Source of the DNA: Theionarchaea archaeon
Lineage (GTDB): Archaea > Methanobacteriota_B > Thermococci > Methanofastidiosales > SZ-28-30
Assembly (NCBI GenBank): GCA_018992565.1
Contig: JACVGW010000002.1
Location: 1-64,000, forward strand
Length of the DNA: 64,000 nucleotides
Direction of reading: 5' to 3'
Position 1 is the first letter of the stretch. Each line of letters starts with the position of its first letter. Shown in pieces: positions 1 to 8,813 of the stretch. The position numbers and the translations under genes are program-made. Below the pieces are notes generated by a model that worked only from the letters and a program-made list of their open reading frames with translations, was not told where the DNA came from and did not search any database.

Positions 1-143
1 CCTGCCACCTGGACAGATCCCACAGGGATCATCTTGTCTGCCCCATAGATGTCGCCCAGTCGAGAAAGCAGGCGCATCATTCTTTCCAGTACGGGGCCCT
101 TTTCTCCATTTAAAATAGTTTCTTCTTCTTTGGTCAAATGCAT
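1..143 (-). CDS. Aconitase X catalytic subunit / phosphomevalonate dehydratase large subunit (5' part only; continues off the window)
   Basis: Not in the ORF track. My translation from ATG 143 is MHLTKEEETILNGEKGPVLERMMRLLSRLGDIYGADKMIPVGSVQVAG, the typical AcnX (DUF521) N-terminus. It lies downstream of mvk and a UbiD-family gene. Confidence 0.8.
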   Translation of the reverse strand, partial: MHLTKEEETILNGEKGPVLERMMRLLSRLGDIYGADKMIPVGSVQVA

Positions 144-451
144 TTTACCAACTCCTTGCAATTCCCCACAATGATCTCAATTTCTGCTTTTGAAGCATCA
201 TCAATGTGGATACCCCCCACAGCTGCACAGGTGACGTTGTATTTCTCACTGGCCTCTCGTACAATGGGTTCCAGAACCAGGTAGTCATAGTGTGTTCCCA
301 GCCGTACAATGGTTACATCTTTCCCAGGTTCTCTTACCACAATGCCACCGATATGAGGTCGTTCGCCCCCTCCCACAATATACAGTCTATCTGTGCCGAT
401 TTTCTCTTCTTTGAGCCACACCCTGTATCTCCCCTCACCCGAGGTAATCAT
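134..451 (-). CDS. LpdD-like prenylated-FMN binding/chaperone protein
   Basis: Motifs GGERPHIG, HYD and GGIHIDDASKAEI match the LpdD pattern (GGxxPHIG, HxD, GIHV). Start is probably ATG 451 (or 463), overlapping the UbiD stop. Confidence 0.7.
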   Translation of the reverse strand: MITSGEGRYRVWLKEEKIGTDRLYIVGGGERPHIGGIVVREPGKDVTIVRLGTHYDYLVLEPIVREASEKYNVTCAAVGGIHIDDASKAEIEIIVGNCKELVKCI

Positions 452-1748
452 TAAGATCGACATCCCCGTAGGATACTTTCTGGTATTTCTCTGGATCAAC
501 TCCAGGAGGTATGGTAGCATCTATCCCCACTTTGGTAGTCCTGGTTTTCTTCCCTGAGTGGTCACCACTTGGATCAAGAGAAGAGCCGGGTTGATCAGGG
601 TGTACAATGAGGTCACGGTGTCCCTGAACCCTGGTAGCAATGGCCCATTCAACAGCGTAGGGATCATACATGTCCACATCCTCATCCACAATGACCACGT
701 GCTTCATAGATCCATGCCCCTTGAAGGCTGCTTCAATGGCATTTCTTGCATCATCGGGCCCTTTCTTCTGAATCTGGACAATGCCGTGCAACCATGAACC
801 TCCCCCCAGGGTGACCAGAACATTCTTGCACGTAGCTACCTTTGAAACTTCGTCGTAAATGGTGGGTTCTTTGGGCATCCCCATGAGGATTTTATGTTCC
901 ATTCTCCCGGGAATGAGGACCTGCCACATGGCGTCTTTACGATGCGTAATGCAGTCAATAACGAATATGGGTTCCTGTCGTTCAAAGTCGCGGGTTTCAG
1001 TGAGATCTACGAAGGGTCCCTCTCGATCAAGATCGCGGGTTATTCTTCCTTCCAGGACGAATTCAGATTCTGAAGGGACTTCCAGGTTCTTGGTGCGGCA
1101 CTTAACGAGGTTCGTCTTATCCAGTGCATTGGCTATGGAAAGCTCGTCTGTACCTGGAGGTGGTCCCAGGGAGGCAGCCACCATGACGGGAACGCTGTTC
1201 CCCACACAGATTGCCATTTCCAGGTCTCCTTCTGTCTTGTCGTAGGTGGTACGGGTTTGCCTTTTTGGAATCAGCCGTGCGGTACATGTATTCTTCCCAA
1301 TCTGCATAATTCTGTGGTAGCAGGCATTTCTCCCGGTCTCGGGGTCTTTGATGATGGCAACGGTGGCTGTCCCATATCGCCCTCCGTCACCTTTCAGGTG
1401 GAACAGCATGGGAATTGTATTCAGATCCACATCATTCCCCTGTAAAACCACATCCTGACATGGGGCTTTTGAAACCAGTTCAGGTTCTTTCGGGCTCCTC
1501 AGAGCTTGAACCAGCTTCATGAGAAGGCCTTCTTTGGTAGTACCGAGAGCGCGGGCTATGATATCTCTATCTGACGTTATACCTCCAAATGCAGGGAATT
1601 CAAACCCTTTCACCTTCTCAAAGATAGTGGGTTTTTCACACAGTGTATTGAGGATATTGGCTACCTCGTACTCATGACTCACTGGTTCTCCAATGCGAAC
1701 CAAATCTCCAGTTTGTTCAAGGTTCTTCAAAAACTCTCTCAAGTTCAT
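435..1748 (-). CDS. UbiD-family prFMN-dependent decarboxylase, probably anhydromevalonate phosphate decarboxylase
   Basis: MNLREFL start; EFVLEG, EGPF, VVIVDEDVD, VEWAIATR, SLDPS and KVGIDAT motifs; sits between mvk and AcnX. Confidence 0.88.
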   Translation of the reverse strand: MNLREFLKNLEQTGDLVRIGEPVSHEYEVANILNTLCEKPTIFEKVKGFEFPAFGGITSDRDIIARALGTTKEGLLMKLVQALRSPKEPELVSKAPCQDVVLQGNDVDLNTIPMLFHLKGDGGRYGTATVAIIKDPETGRNACYHRIMQIGKNTCTARLIPKRQTRTTYDKTEGDLEMAICVGNSVPVMVAASLGPPPGTDELSIANALDKTNLVKCRTKNLEVPSESEFVLEGRITRDLDREGPFVDLTETRDFERQEPIFVIDCITHRKDAMWQVLIPGRMEHKILMGMPKEPTIYDEVSKVATCKNVLVTLGGGSWLHGIVQIQKKGPDDARNAIEAAFKGHGSMKHVVIVDEDVDMYDPYAVEWAIATRVQGHRDLIVHPDQPGSSLDPSGDHSGKKTRTTKVGIDATIPPGVDPEKYQKVSYGDVDLNDYLG

Positions 1749-1761
1749 GGTATCACCTTTA

Positions 1762-2688
1762 TTACACTCCAACCTTCGTCTTTAAGACTGAAAACCCCTT
1801 CTTTTCAATGGCCTTGGCGACTTTTTCCTGCAGGGATTGTCCAGGGGTAAGAGCAACCATATACCCACCAAGGCCCCCACCTGTCATTTTGGCACCAAAA
1901 GCACCAGCTTTCCGGGCAGTTTCCACCAGTGTATCCAGGTCATTGTTAGAGACTTCAATTTTCTGCAGTAGTTGATGATTGACATTCATGAGTCTGCCGA
2001 CTTCTTTCAGTTCAGAGGATTCCAGAGCCTTCCGTGCATCATGTGCCACATTCCTGGCCTGGTTGAATAGCTGGTCATATAACTCAGGATTCTTTTCCTT
2101 TCGTTCTTGGACTCCTGCTACAGCAGCTTTGGTGTTGGCAACAGTCCCCGTATTGCCCATGACTATCTCTATGGGATGAGGGATCTTTATGGGATCAAAG
2201 GTGCTGGGTTCTCCTTTCACAAACCATATCATTCCTCCGTACGTGCTGGCAGTATTGTCCACTCCTGAGGGTGTCCCATGGTATCCTTTTTCTCCTTCGT
2301 AGGCAATTTCATTGATTCTATTGTCGTCCAGTTCCATATCGAATAATTGGCTGAGTGCTCTCGCAATAGCAGTACAGCTGGCAGCAGATGCTCCCACTCC
2401 AGAAGCAGCATACAGGTTGCCTTTCAACGTTATTCTGAGGTTCTTGTTCAATGGAATATTCATGGCATTGAGTATTCTTCGCAAGGAGTCTTCCTGCTGT
2501 TCCTTCTTTTCTTCTTTATAACCGGGAGTGGCTGGTCTGCTGTCTATGAGCTGGGTACCACCGGATTCAGTCTCTTCTGCAGTAGCAACTGTTGCGTCGC
2601 CAATGGCTGACACAATGGAAGGTATGCCGTACACCACAAAGTGTTCGTTAAACATAATACACTTTCCGTAACCTTTCCCTTCTGCCAT
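1762..2688 (-). CDS. mvk: Mevalonate kinase (GHMP family)
   Basis: GKCIMFNEHFVVYG, GVGASAA, HGTPSGVD and GAKMTGGGLGG motifs; start placed at ATG 2688. Confidence 0.9.
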   Translation of the reverse strand: MAEGKGYGKCIMFNEHFVVYGIPSIVSAIGDATVATAEETESGGTQLIDSRPATPGYKEEKKEQQEDSLRRILNAMNIPLNKNLRITLKGNLYAASGVGASAASCTAIARALSQLFDMELDDNRINEIAYEGEKGYHGTPSGVDNTASTYGGMIWFVKGEPSTFDPIKIPHPIEIVMGNTGTVANTKAAVAGVQERKEKNPELYDQLFNQARNVAHDARKALESSELKEVGRLMNVNHQLLQKIEVSNNDLDTLVETARKAGAFGAKMTGGGLGGYMVALTPGQSLQEKVAKAIEKKGFSVLKTKVGV

Positions 2689-3026
2689 GTTCTCACCTAG
2701 TAATTGTGTTCTTAAAGCATGGGGATTACCATATTTAAGGGTTTGCGTAAGGGTCATTCGTCGAATGCCGATGGGAAAAAGATAGCCCTCTGTCCCCCTA
2801 TGGCGTACCTGTCACTGATGAGCACATGTACACCGGAGCCTGCGGAACCCCGGGTATGTAAATGGTGAGTTCTTTACGGGTTGATCAGTCTGTCTTGAGG
2901 GAGTGGAGGTTTCATGAAGAGATGCAGTGGAAAGAACCTGCAGGCCTGCTCCAGTTACAGATGCTCCTGCTACAGCATGGTCACTGGGTCATAGAAGGTT
3001 TATATGTGAAGAGAGACACATCCTTC

Positions 3027-3821
3027 ATGGATCTCTCGCCTGATGTCAGCCAGCTAACAGAGTACTGCAAGAATGTGTACGCCCGGGCAGAAAGCGTTAT
3101 TCATCAATGGGGACACATCTGGAGGACAACCCAGGGTGCAGTATGGTTTGTCAAGATCAGCGGAGGTTCACAGAGAGAACAGCTGCTGGCATACGTGGCA
3201 GGAATCCTCCACGACATTGTCAGGCCCATTACTGAAGAAACGTGTCATGCACAGGCAAGTGCAGATAAAGCATTACTCATCCTTGAAGACTATTCCGAGT
3301 TCACCCTCCCTGAAGAAGAAGAAATATACCAGGCCATAAAGGATCACCGTAACCCCACTTCTTGGAAGACTCCTGTCCATCAGAGTGTCTACCTCTCAGA
3401 CAAAGTCCTTGAACACATGGGTGCATACCTGGATTTCAGGGGCGCGGTGTGGGCGGGGGAGCTTTCTCATACTGATCTTGAAGGGTTGGAACCCGTGGAT
3501 GCTGTTATCACGTACTACCAGAAAGCATCCTCGAAGTTTCTGACTGGCATCTTTCCTCATTTTGTGAGGAAGGTGGTGGAATACCAGATTGGGTGGAACA
3601 GGAAATACCTTTCTGCTCTCAAGAATGGAGAATCCTGGGCCTGTCAGATAGCAGAAACCTTTTTCAACTATGGCAGGCAGAAGCACGATTTTGAGAATAC
3701 CCTTTTGTCTTTTTGCCCTCAAGAAGGAGAGCAGCAGACATGGGCACATGAAATGAAAACCTATGTTGCAGGTCAGAAATTCTCCATGTTCCAGACCCTG
3801 ATAGATGACAAGAAAAAATGA
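3027..3821 (+). CDS. HD-domain metal-dependent phosphohydrolase
   Basis: HxxxH...LHD...H...H...D pattern; start placed at ATG 3027 downstream of TTTATATG. Confidence 0.7.
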   Translation: MDLSPDVSQLTEYCKNVYARAESVIHQWGHIWRTTQGAVWFVKISGGSQREQLLAYVAGILHDIVRPITEETCHAQASADKALLILEDYSEFTLPEEEEIYQAIKDHRNPTSWKTPVHQSVYLSDKVLEHMGAYLDFRGAVWAGELSHTDLEGLEPVDAVITYYQKASSKFLTGIFPHFVRKVVEYQIGWNRKYLSALKNGESWACQIAETFFNYGRQKHDFENTLLSFCPQEGEQQTWAHEMKTYVAGQKFSMFQTLIDDKKK

Positions 3822-3827
3822 GGAAAA

Positions 3828-4670
3828 TTATGTTATTACTGCAGATCCATACCCTACAATGAGGCTTTTGTCTCCTGAAACATCATATGAAGTCCTGTAT
3901 TCCAGAACCCTGGCATTTTTCAATCCCAGATGGTGGCATGCTACAATCATGGAAGCAATACACCCATACCCACATGCAGTTGTTAGACTGGCTGTTTCAT
4001 ACACTTTTTCTGTAGACATTTCCTCTATCCCTTTCAGTATACTCCCATCTATCACTTTCATCCACTCCAGAGGATCTTCTCTGGTGGGCAGAAATCCATA
4101 GTACGAGCCCAAGTGAGTTAAATCGCTGGAAGCAAGTATTCCCACCTTTTTCTCACGAACTGCCTCTGCAATTGCTGTCCCCACTTCCTCAGCAGTTGCT
4201 TCATCCTGCATGGCCATACAAATGGGGACGAACTTTGTACCTCCAATGTACTGGATGAAAGGGACCTGAACTTCTATTGAGTGTTCCCGAGAATGTGCTG
4301 TGGCATCATCATCCATGATATCACACAGAGCAAAAATATCTCTAGCCAGCACCTCGTCAATAGCTAATGGTCCAAGAGGGCTCTCCCAGGTTCCGGCTGT
4401 GACAATGGCCACACCCGATCCTATACCTCTATGGTTGGGCCCCAGAACTACAAAGGTCTCTGGCAGATGGGTTCTGAATTCCAAAAAAGTGTGAGCTGCT
4501 ACCTGTCCTGAATACTCATACCCTGCATGCGGGACAAGCCCTCCAACTATGGCGGGTGATCCAGGCTCAGAAAGTCCTCCCAGTGAAGAGAAAAAGGTGT
4601 TGAGGGTTTCACGCAATGTAGATTCAGAACCAGGGTAGAATCCGCCGGCTGCAACAGGTCTTCTAATCAT
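3828..4670 (-). CDS. MEMO1 family protein (AmmeMemoRadiSam protein B)
   Basis: RRPVAAGGFYP, PHAGYEYSG, GPNH, EHSIEVQVPF, SSDLTH, CGYG and VGYGS motifs. Confidence 0.93.
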   Translation of the reverse strand: MIRRPVAAGGFYPGSESTLRETLNTFFSSLGGLSEPGSPAIVGGLVPHAGYEYSGQVAAHTFLEFRTHLPETFVVLGPNHRGIGSGVAIVTAGTWESPLGPLAIDEVLARDIFALCDIMDDDATAHSREHSIEVQVPFIQYIGGTKFVPICMAMQDEATAEEVGTAIAEAVREKKVGILASSDLTHLGSYYGFLPTREDPLEWMKVIDGSILKGIEEMSTEKVYETASLTTACGYGCIASMIVACHHLGLKNARVLEYRTSYDVSGDKSLIVGYGSAVIT

Positions 4671-4766
4671 AGACTGTAGTGCTCAAAAGTCCTTAAATAA
4701 TTATCCTTTTGCAAAGGTGAATGAGATACAGCTCTTTCAAACCCGGAAAGCAGTGACTGTACTCTC

Positions 4767-5363
4767 TTATTCCTTTGTTTCAAAGTCCTCAAGAGGAGGC
4801 ATCTCTGAATCTTCTTTCAAGGTTCCATTGGCCTTCAGCATCTCCCGGGCCAGCAACCAGTACACCAGCGTGAGTGCTTTCTTTCCTTTGTTGTTGGTGG
4901 GAATGACAATGTCCACATTGGTCAGCATGTTTTCTGAGTCACATAAGGCAACCACAGGGATACCCACAGTAGTTGCTTCTCGCAAGGCCTGATAGTCTGC
5001 CCTGGGGTCAGTGATGATGAGGACATCAGGCTCCACAAAGTGATCGCAGTTTGGATTGGTGAGACTTCCCGGGATGAAGCGTCCTGCCACTGCTTTCGCC
5101 CCTGTCCACTTGGCAAACATTTCCACTGGTTTCATCCCATACTGCCTGTTGGACACCACCAGGATCTGTGGAGGGCTGAATTTAGCCAGGAACTTTCCAA
5201 TCTGACCTATGCGCGTGTCAGTGGTCTTGACGTCCAAGACGTACAGACCATCCTGCCTGACCCGGTAGATGTATCTTTCCATGTGTCGATTCTTCTGCTG
5301 TGTACCAATATGAATACCTGATGCAAGGTACTGATCCAATGAAATGAGGAGTTCTTCGTCCAT
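4767..5363 (-). CDS. rps2: 30S ribosomal protein S2
   Basis: [21 protein letters not shown] and PTNNKG motifs. Confidence 0.97.
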   Translation of the reverse strand: MDEELLISLDQYLASGIHIGTQQKNRHMERYIYRVRQDGLYVLDVKTTDTRIGQIGKFLAKFSPPQILVVSNRQYGMKPVEMFAKWTGAKAVAGRFIPGSLTNPNCDHFVEPDVLIITDPRADYQALREATTVGIPVVALCDSENMLTNVDIVIPTNNKGKKALTLVYWLLAREMLKANGTLKEDSEMPPLEDFETKE

Positions 5364-5389
5364 AATTTCACCTTTTAATCATGAGGAGA

Positions 5390-5490
5390 TGGGGCCGCCG
5401 AGATTTGAACTCGGGTATCCAGCATTTTGGTCACAGATTTCGTCTGTAAACCCCAAGCTGAGAGGATGGACCAAGCTACCCTACGGCCCC
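5390..5490 (-). tRNA. tRNA-Pro(GGG) with a 26-nt intron at position 37/38 (intron 5425-5450)
   Basis: Acceptor stem GGGGCCG/CGGCCCC-A, anticodon stem TCAGC/GCTGG, T-arm CCGAG-TTCAAAT-CTCGG. The intron forms a canonical bulge-helix-bulge (TTGG/CCAA central helix, TTACAGA/TCTGTGA outer helix). Confidence 0.93.
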
Positions 5491-5500
5491 ACTTCACAGG

Positions 5501-5701
5501 CTACCCGTGAGTTTCATACTTGAGGATCTCATCCTGGAGATCCACGTGGGTGAGCATCATGCGTCTGCAGCAGTACCGCTCCAGACCCAGATCATCCAGA
5601 ATCTGTTTGGGAGGCTCTCCCTGAGATACTCTTCGGGAAAACTCTTCCCACAGATGGCCAATAGGTTTTCCACAGGTGAAGCAACGTACAGGAATGATCA
5701 T
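5501..5701 (-). CDS. rpoN: RNA polymerase subunit N (Rpo10)
   Basis: [12 protein letters not shown] and RYCCRRM motifs. Confidence 0.97.
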   Translation of the reverse strand: MIIPVRCFTCGKPIGHLWEEFSRRVSQGEPPKQILDDLGLERYCCRRMMLTHVDLQDEILKYETHG

Positions 5702-5705
5702 TGGA

Positions 5706-6110
5706 TCACCGGTATGACTTCTGCTTCTTGGCTCTGGGTCCCTTGCTGGAAGCATTTGGCTTGTGAGGTTCTGTTCTTCTGAAATCCCCTTTCAGCATAG
5801 TTCTATCATAGTCCAGATAGATCTCCCGCAAGTCCATGTCCTGGGTCCACTTGACCAGTCCTCGGGCTACAGCCATGCGTATAGCATCTGCCTGTCCCAT
5901 GAATCCTCCACCTTTTGCATCAATAGCGATATCCACTTTATCAGGAATATCACCTGCCAGAATGAGAGGCTCCATTATCTTGAGCCTGGCGATTTCCGGT
6001 CTTATCAAAGGTAGGGGAACATGGTTTACTCGTACCCTTCCCTTCCCTTCTTTGAAAACGGCTCTGGCTATAGCTTCCTTGCGCTTGCCCGTGGATTGTA
6101 CGATCTTCAT
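5706..6110 (-). CDS. rps9: 30S ribosomal protein S9
   Basis: [20 protein letters not shown] and C-terminal QKSYR. Confidence 0.97.
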   Translation of the reverse strand: MKIVQSTGKRKEAIARAVFKEGKGRVRVNHVPLPLIRPEIARLKIMEPLILAGDIPDKVDIAIDAKGGGFMGQADAIRMAVARGLVKWTQDMDLREIYLDYDRTMLKGDFRRTEPHKPNASSKGPRAKKQKSYR

Positions 6111-6529
6111 TTGCTCACCTCATATCCCAGAAAGCGGGATATTTCACCTACTGTAACAAAGCTGGATGTTCTATCCAGGATGTTATCAATGGGTACTTCA
6201 TCTGTCTTTTTATACTTTTCCGGTACGCCAGTAAAAACCTGTAGGTTTTTCAAAGCTTTTCTTCCCCGTACCCTGCGGTAGGGGAGCATTCCTCTAATGG
6301 CACGCCGTACAATGCCTTCAGGTGTGCGGGGGAAATGGGGACCTCTCCAAGGATTGGCAATGTCTGCACGATCAACTCGCTGCTTGTATCTGCGGAAGAG
6401 GTAATCCTTGTTCCCTATGATAACCGCTTTTTCTGCTTTAACGATGGTGATTTCTTCTCCTTCAAGAAGTCTCTTTGCAACAAAGGATGCCATTCGTCCA
6501 AGAATCAGATTTTCTGCATTGATGATCAT
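6107..6529 (-). CDS. rpl13: 50S ribosomal protein L13
   Basis: [12 protein letters not shown] and RRAIRGMLP motifs. Confidence 0.97.
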   Translation of the reverse strand: MIINAENLILGRMASFVAKRLLEGEEITIVKAEKAVIIGNKDYLFRRYKQRVDRADIANPWRGPHFPRTPEGIVRRAIRGMLPYRRVRGRKALKNLQVFTGVPEKYKKTDEVPIDNILDRTSSFVTVGEISRFLGYEVSK

Positions 6530-6533
6530 GGTA

Positions 6534-6893
6534 TCACTCCAGTATCCTGACTCCCCTTCCCTGGGGATTCTCCTTCAATAGCTCTGGTATGGTCAGTGTT
6601 CTTCCTTTTGCGTTGATCTGCTCCTTGGCACTCTGTGAGAAAGCAAATGCGGACACGATCACTGCGTGGTCCAGAGCGCCTGCTCCCAGGACCTTTCCAG
6701 GGATGATTACTGTCTCCCCTTCTCTGGTGTGTCTATTGATCGTGGAGAGATTGACTTCCGCCTTGTGTCGAGTAGGTCTTGATAGTCTTTTTGAAATATC
6801 AACCCATAGAGGAACATTATTGTGGTATCCCTCTGTCTGCAACAACTTTATCAATGATACGAGGTTGGGATTTGTCTTTCGAGTTTTCTTCAT
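6534..6893 (-). CDS. rpl18e: 50S ribosomal protein L18e
   Basis: KTNPNL, VNLSTI, PGKVLGAG and NPQG motifs; start placed at ATG 6893. Confidence 0.95.
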   Translation of the reverse strand: MKKTRKTNPNLVSLIKLLQTEGYHNNVPLWVDISKRLSRPTRHKAEVNLSTINRHTREGETVIIPGKVLGAGALDHAVIVSAFAFSQSAKEQINAKGRTLTIPELLKENPQGRGVRILE

Positions 6894-6956
6894 GTGCTCA
6901 CCATCTGAACTCTTTCGCATTTCTGCTCGCTCAGACAGTCTTGTGAGTATTGCTGC

Positions 6957-6973
6957 TTTTATAAAGCTTTTGG
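6957..6973 (-). promoter_or_regulatory. Putative BRE/TATA promoter of the rpl18e operon
   Basis: Minus strand reads CCAAAAGCTTTATAAAA about 65 nt upstream of rpl18e. Confidence 0.55.
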
Positions 6974-7162
6974 TTACGGCCAGGTTCTGTGGAGGGTCGA
7001 AATAGCAGCTTTCGAAGATCACAGATTCCCCCACTGGATGAAACGTGCTGGATCATTCTTGCAGAATCCAGTGGATACCAGAGACTGCCCATTGTTGAAC
7101 CAAGCATGTCACCAACCATATAGGTGAATCTGCCTTTGTGTTATCCCGAGATTTGAACTGGT

Positions 7163-7840
7163 TCAAGTCAAGACTGCCTTGAGAACTTCATCTACAAACG
7201 TGTCTTCCGGGAAAGCACCTTCAAAGCTGGTGGTTTCATTGATGACAACCTTCGGGACTGCCATCACGTGATATTTTTGAGCAAGATGAGGGAATTCCAC
7301 AGATTCCACCATGGCTGCCGTAATATGATCAGATTCCACTGCAAGTTGATGTGCAGTGCTGACAGCCTGCGAGCAGTGGGGACAGGTCAATGTGGTAAAC
7401 ACTTGGATGGAAACATCTTTGGTTATTTTCTTGATCTTCTCTTTGGTGATATCTTTGAGACCTGTTGTGCCCTGAGACACGGCCAGGATGGCCAGTATAA
7501 GTGGCGTGAACTCATACCCAGAGGGTATGCCAAAGAACCTGACACCTGGATCAATCTCATTTCCGTTTTCAGTCCTCGTTACAGCAATAGCGGGGATCTT
7601 GTCAATGGAATATTCCCGCACTTTCTGGGCATCCTTCTGAAAATCATAGACTTGAAGACCGATTCTTGGAGAGAGCTGCGCCACTTCCGTGAGAATGGTA
7701 CGGGTTTCTTTGCAGAACTGGCATTCTAACTCCTGAGTGAAAAAAACAAGTGTTACTGGACTCTTTAATGTTTCAAAATGCTTTTGTATCTGGATTTTGT
7801 CTTTTTCCTTGAGGAATTCGTGCTGTTCCTTTTCCGGCAT
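7163..7840 (-). CDS. Protein disulfide oxidoreductase (two thioredoxin folds, PDO family)
   Basis: CQFC and CPHC sites; GIPSGYEF and VMAVPK motifs. Confidence 0.92.
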   Translation of the reverse strand: MPEKEQHEFLKEKDKIQIQKHFETLKSPVTLVFFTQELECQFCKETRTILTEVAQLSPRIGLQVYDFQKDAQKVREYSIDKIPAIAVTRTENGNEIDPGVRFFGIPSGYEFTPLILAILAVSQGTTGLKDITKEKIKKITKDVSIQVFTTLTCPHCSQAVSTAHQLAVESDHITAAMVESVEFPHLAQKYHVMAVPKVVINETTSFEGAFPEDTFVDEVLKAVLT

Positions 7841-7915
7841 GAGATCACCGTTCCACAGTTAAGAGAGTATCAATATATACTTTTGGGGCTTCCGGGCCTC
7901 TAACCTGAATACAGA

Positions 7916-8413
7916 CTACATGAACCGCTCAAATCGTTCTTTTTTTGCCTTGCAGATAGGACAGACTTCAGGGGGTTCATCCCGTGCACACAAGTATCCA
8001 CATACCCGACATCTCCACACAGGCAGTGACAGGGTGCCCTCACGCTGTGTTATCTGAACCCTCTCTTCAGGTGGAGGCCGTCGTTCAGGTATTGGGTCTA
8101 CCTTTTGCTCACCTTTGACCACGGCTTTTGACACATACAGCCCGCAGTAACAGGAGCCATACTCTGTAACATCTTTATCGCGGTAGTCGCAGGGACATAT
8201 AATGTCCAGATCATTGTGGTAGTTGCCCGAAGCCAGGCGGCAGGGACACGCCCAGTACCCGTACCTCTTTTCATTGACTAACAATCCCCGCACCAGTTCC
8301 ATGGTGACTTCAGTGTCAGGGTTCAAGTTATATCCTGCCTGGCTTGTCTCTCTGTCCAGTCTTTGGTATACATCCTCAACCTCTTTTTCAGTGACAATAT
8401 CTTCTCCATTCAT
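7916..8413 (-). CDS. Ferredoxin:disulfide reductase (FTR catalytic domain plus C-terminal rubredoxin)
   Basis: CPCR, CPC and CYCGLY motifs, then WRCRVCGY...CPIC. Confidence 0.9.
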   Translation of the reverse strand: MNGEDIVTEKEVEDVYQRLDRETSQAGYNLNPDTEVTMELVRGLLVNEKRYGYWACPCRLASGNYHNDLDIICPCDYRDKDVTEYGSCYCGLYVSKAVVKGEQKVDPIPERRPPPEERVQITQREGTLSLPVWRCRVCGYLCARDEPPEVCPICKAKKERFERFM

Positions 8414-8425
8414 GGAATCATCTCC

Positions 8426-8704
8426 TTATTTCAAGAGCCCTCTGATTTCATCTTCTTTGTATCCTACAATGCATGTTCTATTATTGACTACCAGAGTAGG
8501 AAATGAGCACTTTGGATTCCACTGCTTTATTTCATTCATCACGCCTTCTCTTTCTTCACCATGGAGTAGATCTGCATCCACGTAGTAGTATTCCGCATGT
8601 AGATCATTGAGAAGTCTCTTGGTCTTCTTGCACCAGACACAGGTACTCAAAGCATAGAGCATGACATGACCTTTGTCATCTCCTTCTACATGGTTCATCT
8701 TCAT
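8426..8704 (-). CDS. Glutaredoxin-like protein (methanoredoxin type)
   Basis: YALSTCVWCKKTK and SFPT motifs; immediately upstream of FDR. Confidence 0.85.
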   Translation of the reverse strand: MKMNHVEGDDKGHVMLYALSTCVWCKKTKRLLNDLHAEYYYVDADLLHGEEREGVMNEIKQWNPKCSFPTLVVNNRTCIVGYKEDEIRGLLK

Positions 8705-8813
8705 AACCACACCTCTCGTGATGGTATATGTGCCCACACAGATAAAGTCTTCCTGTAGAAGTCTGTCTTGGAGTTCAAGGATCACTTTTAGATTCCGGGT
8801 TGGTACAACATCA

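Noticed and set aside
2810..2860. CTGATGAG as a hammerhead ribozyme core
   Set aside because: No stem II followed by GAAA, so the fold cannot be completed.
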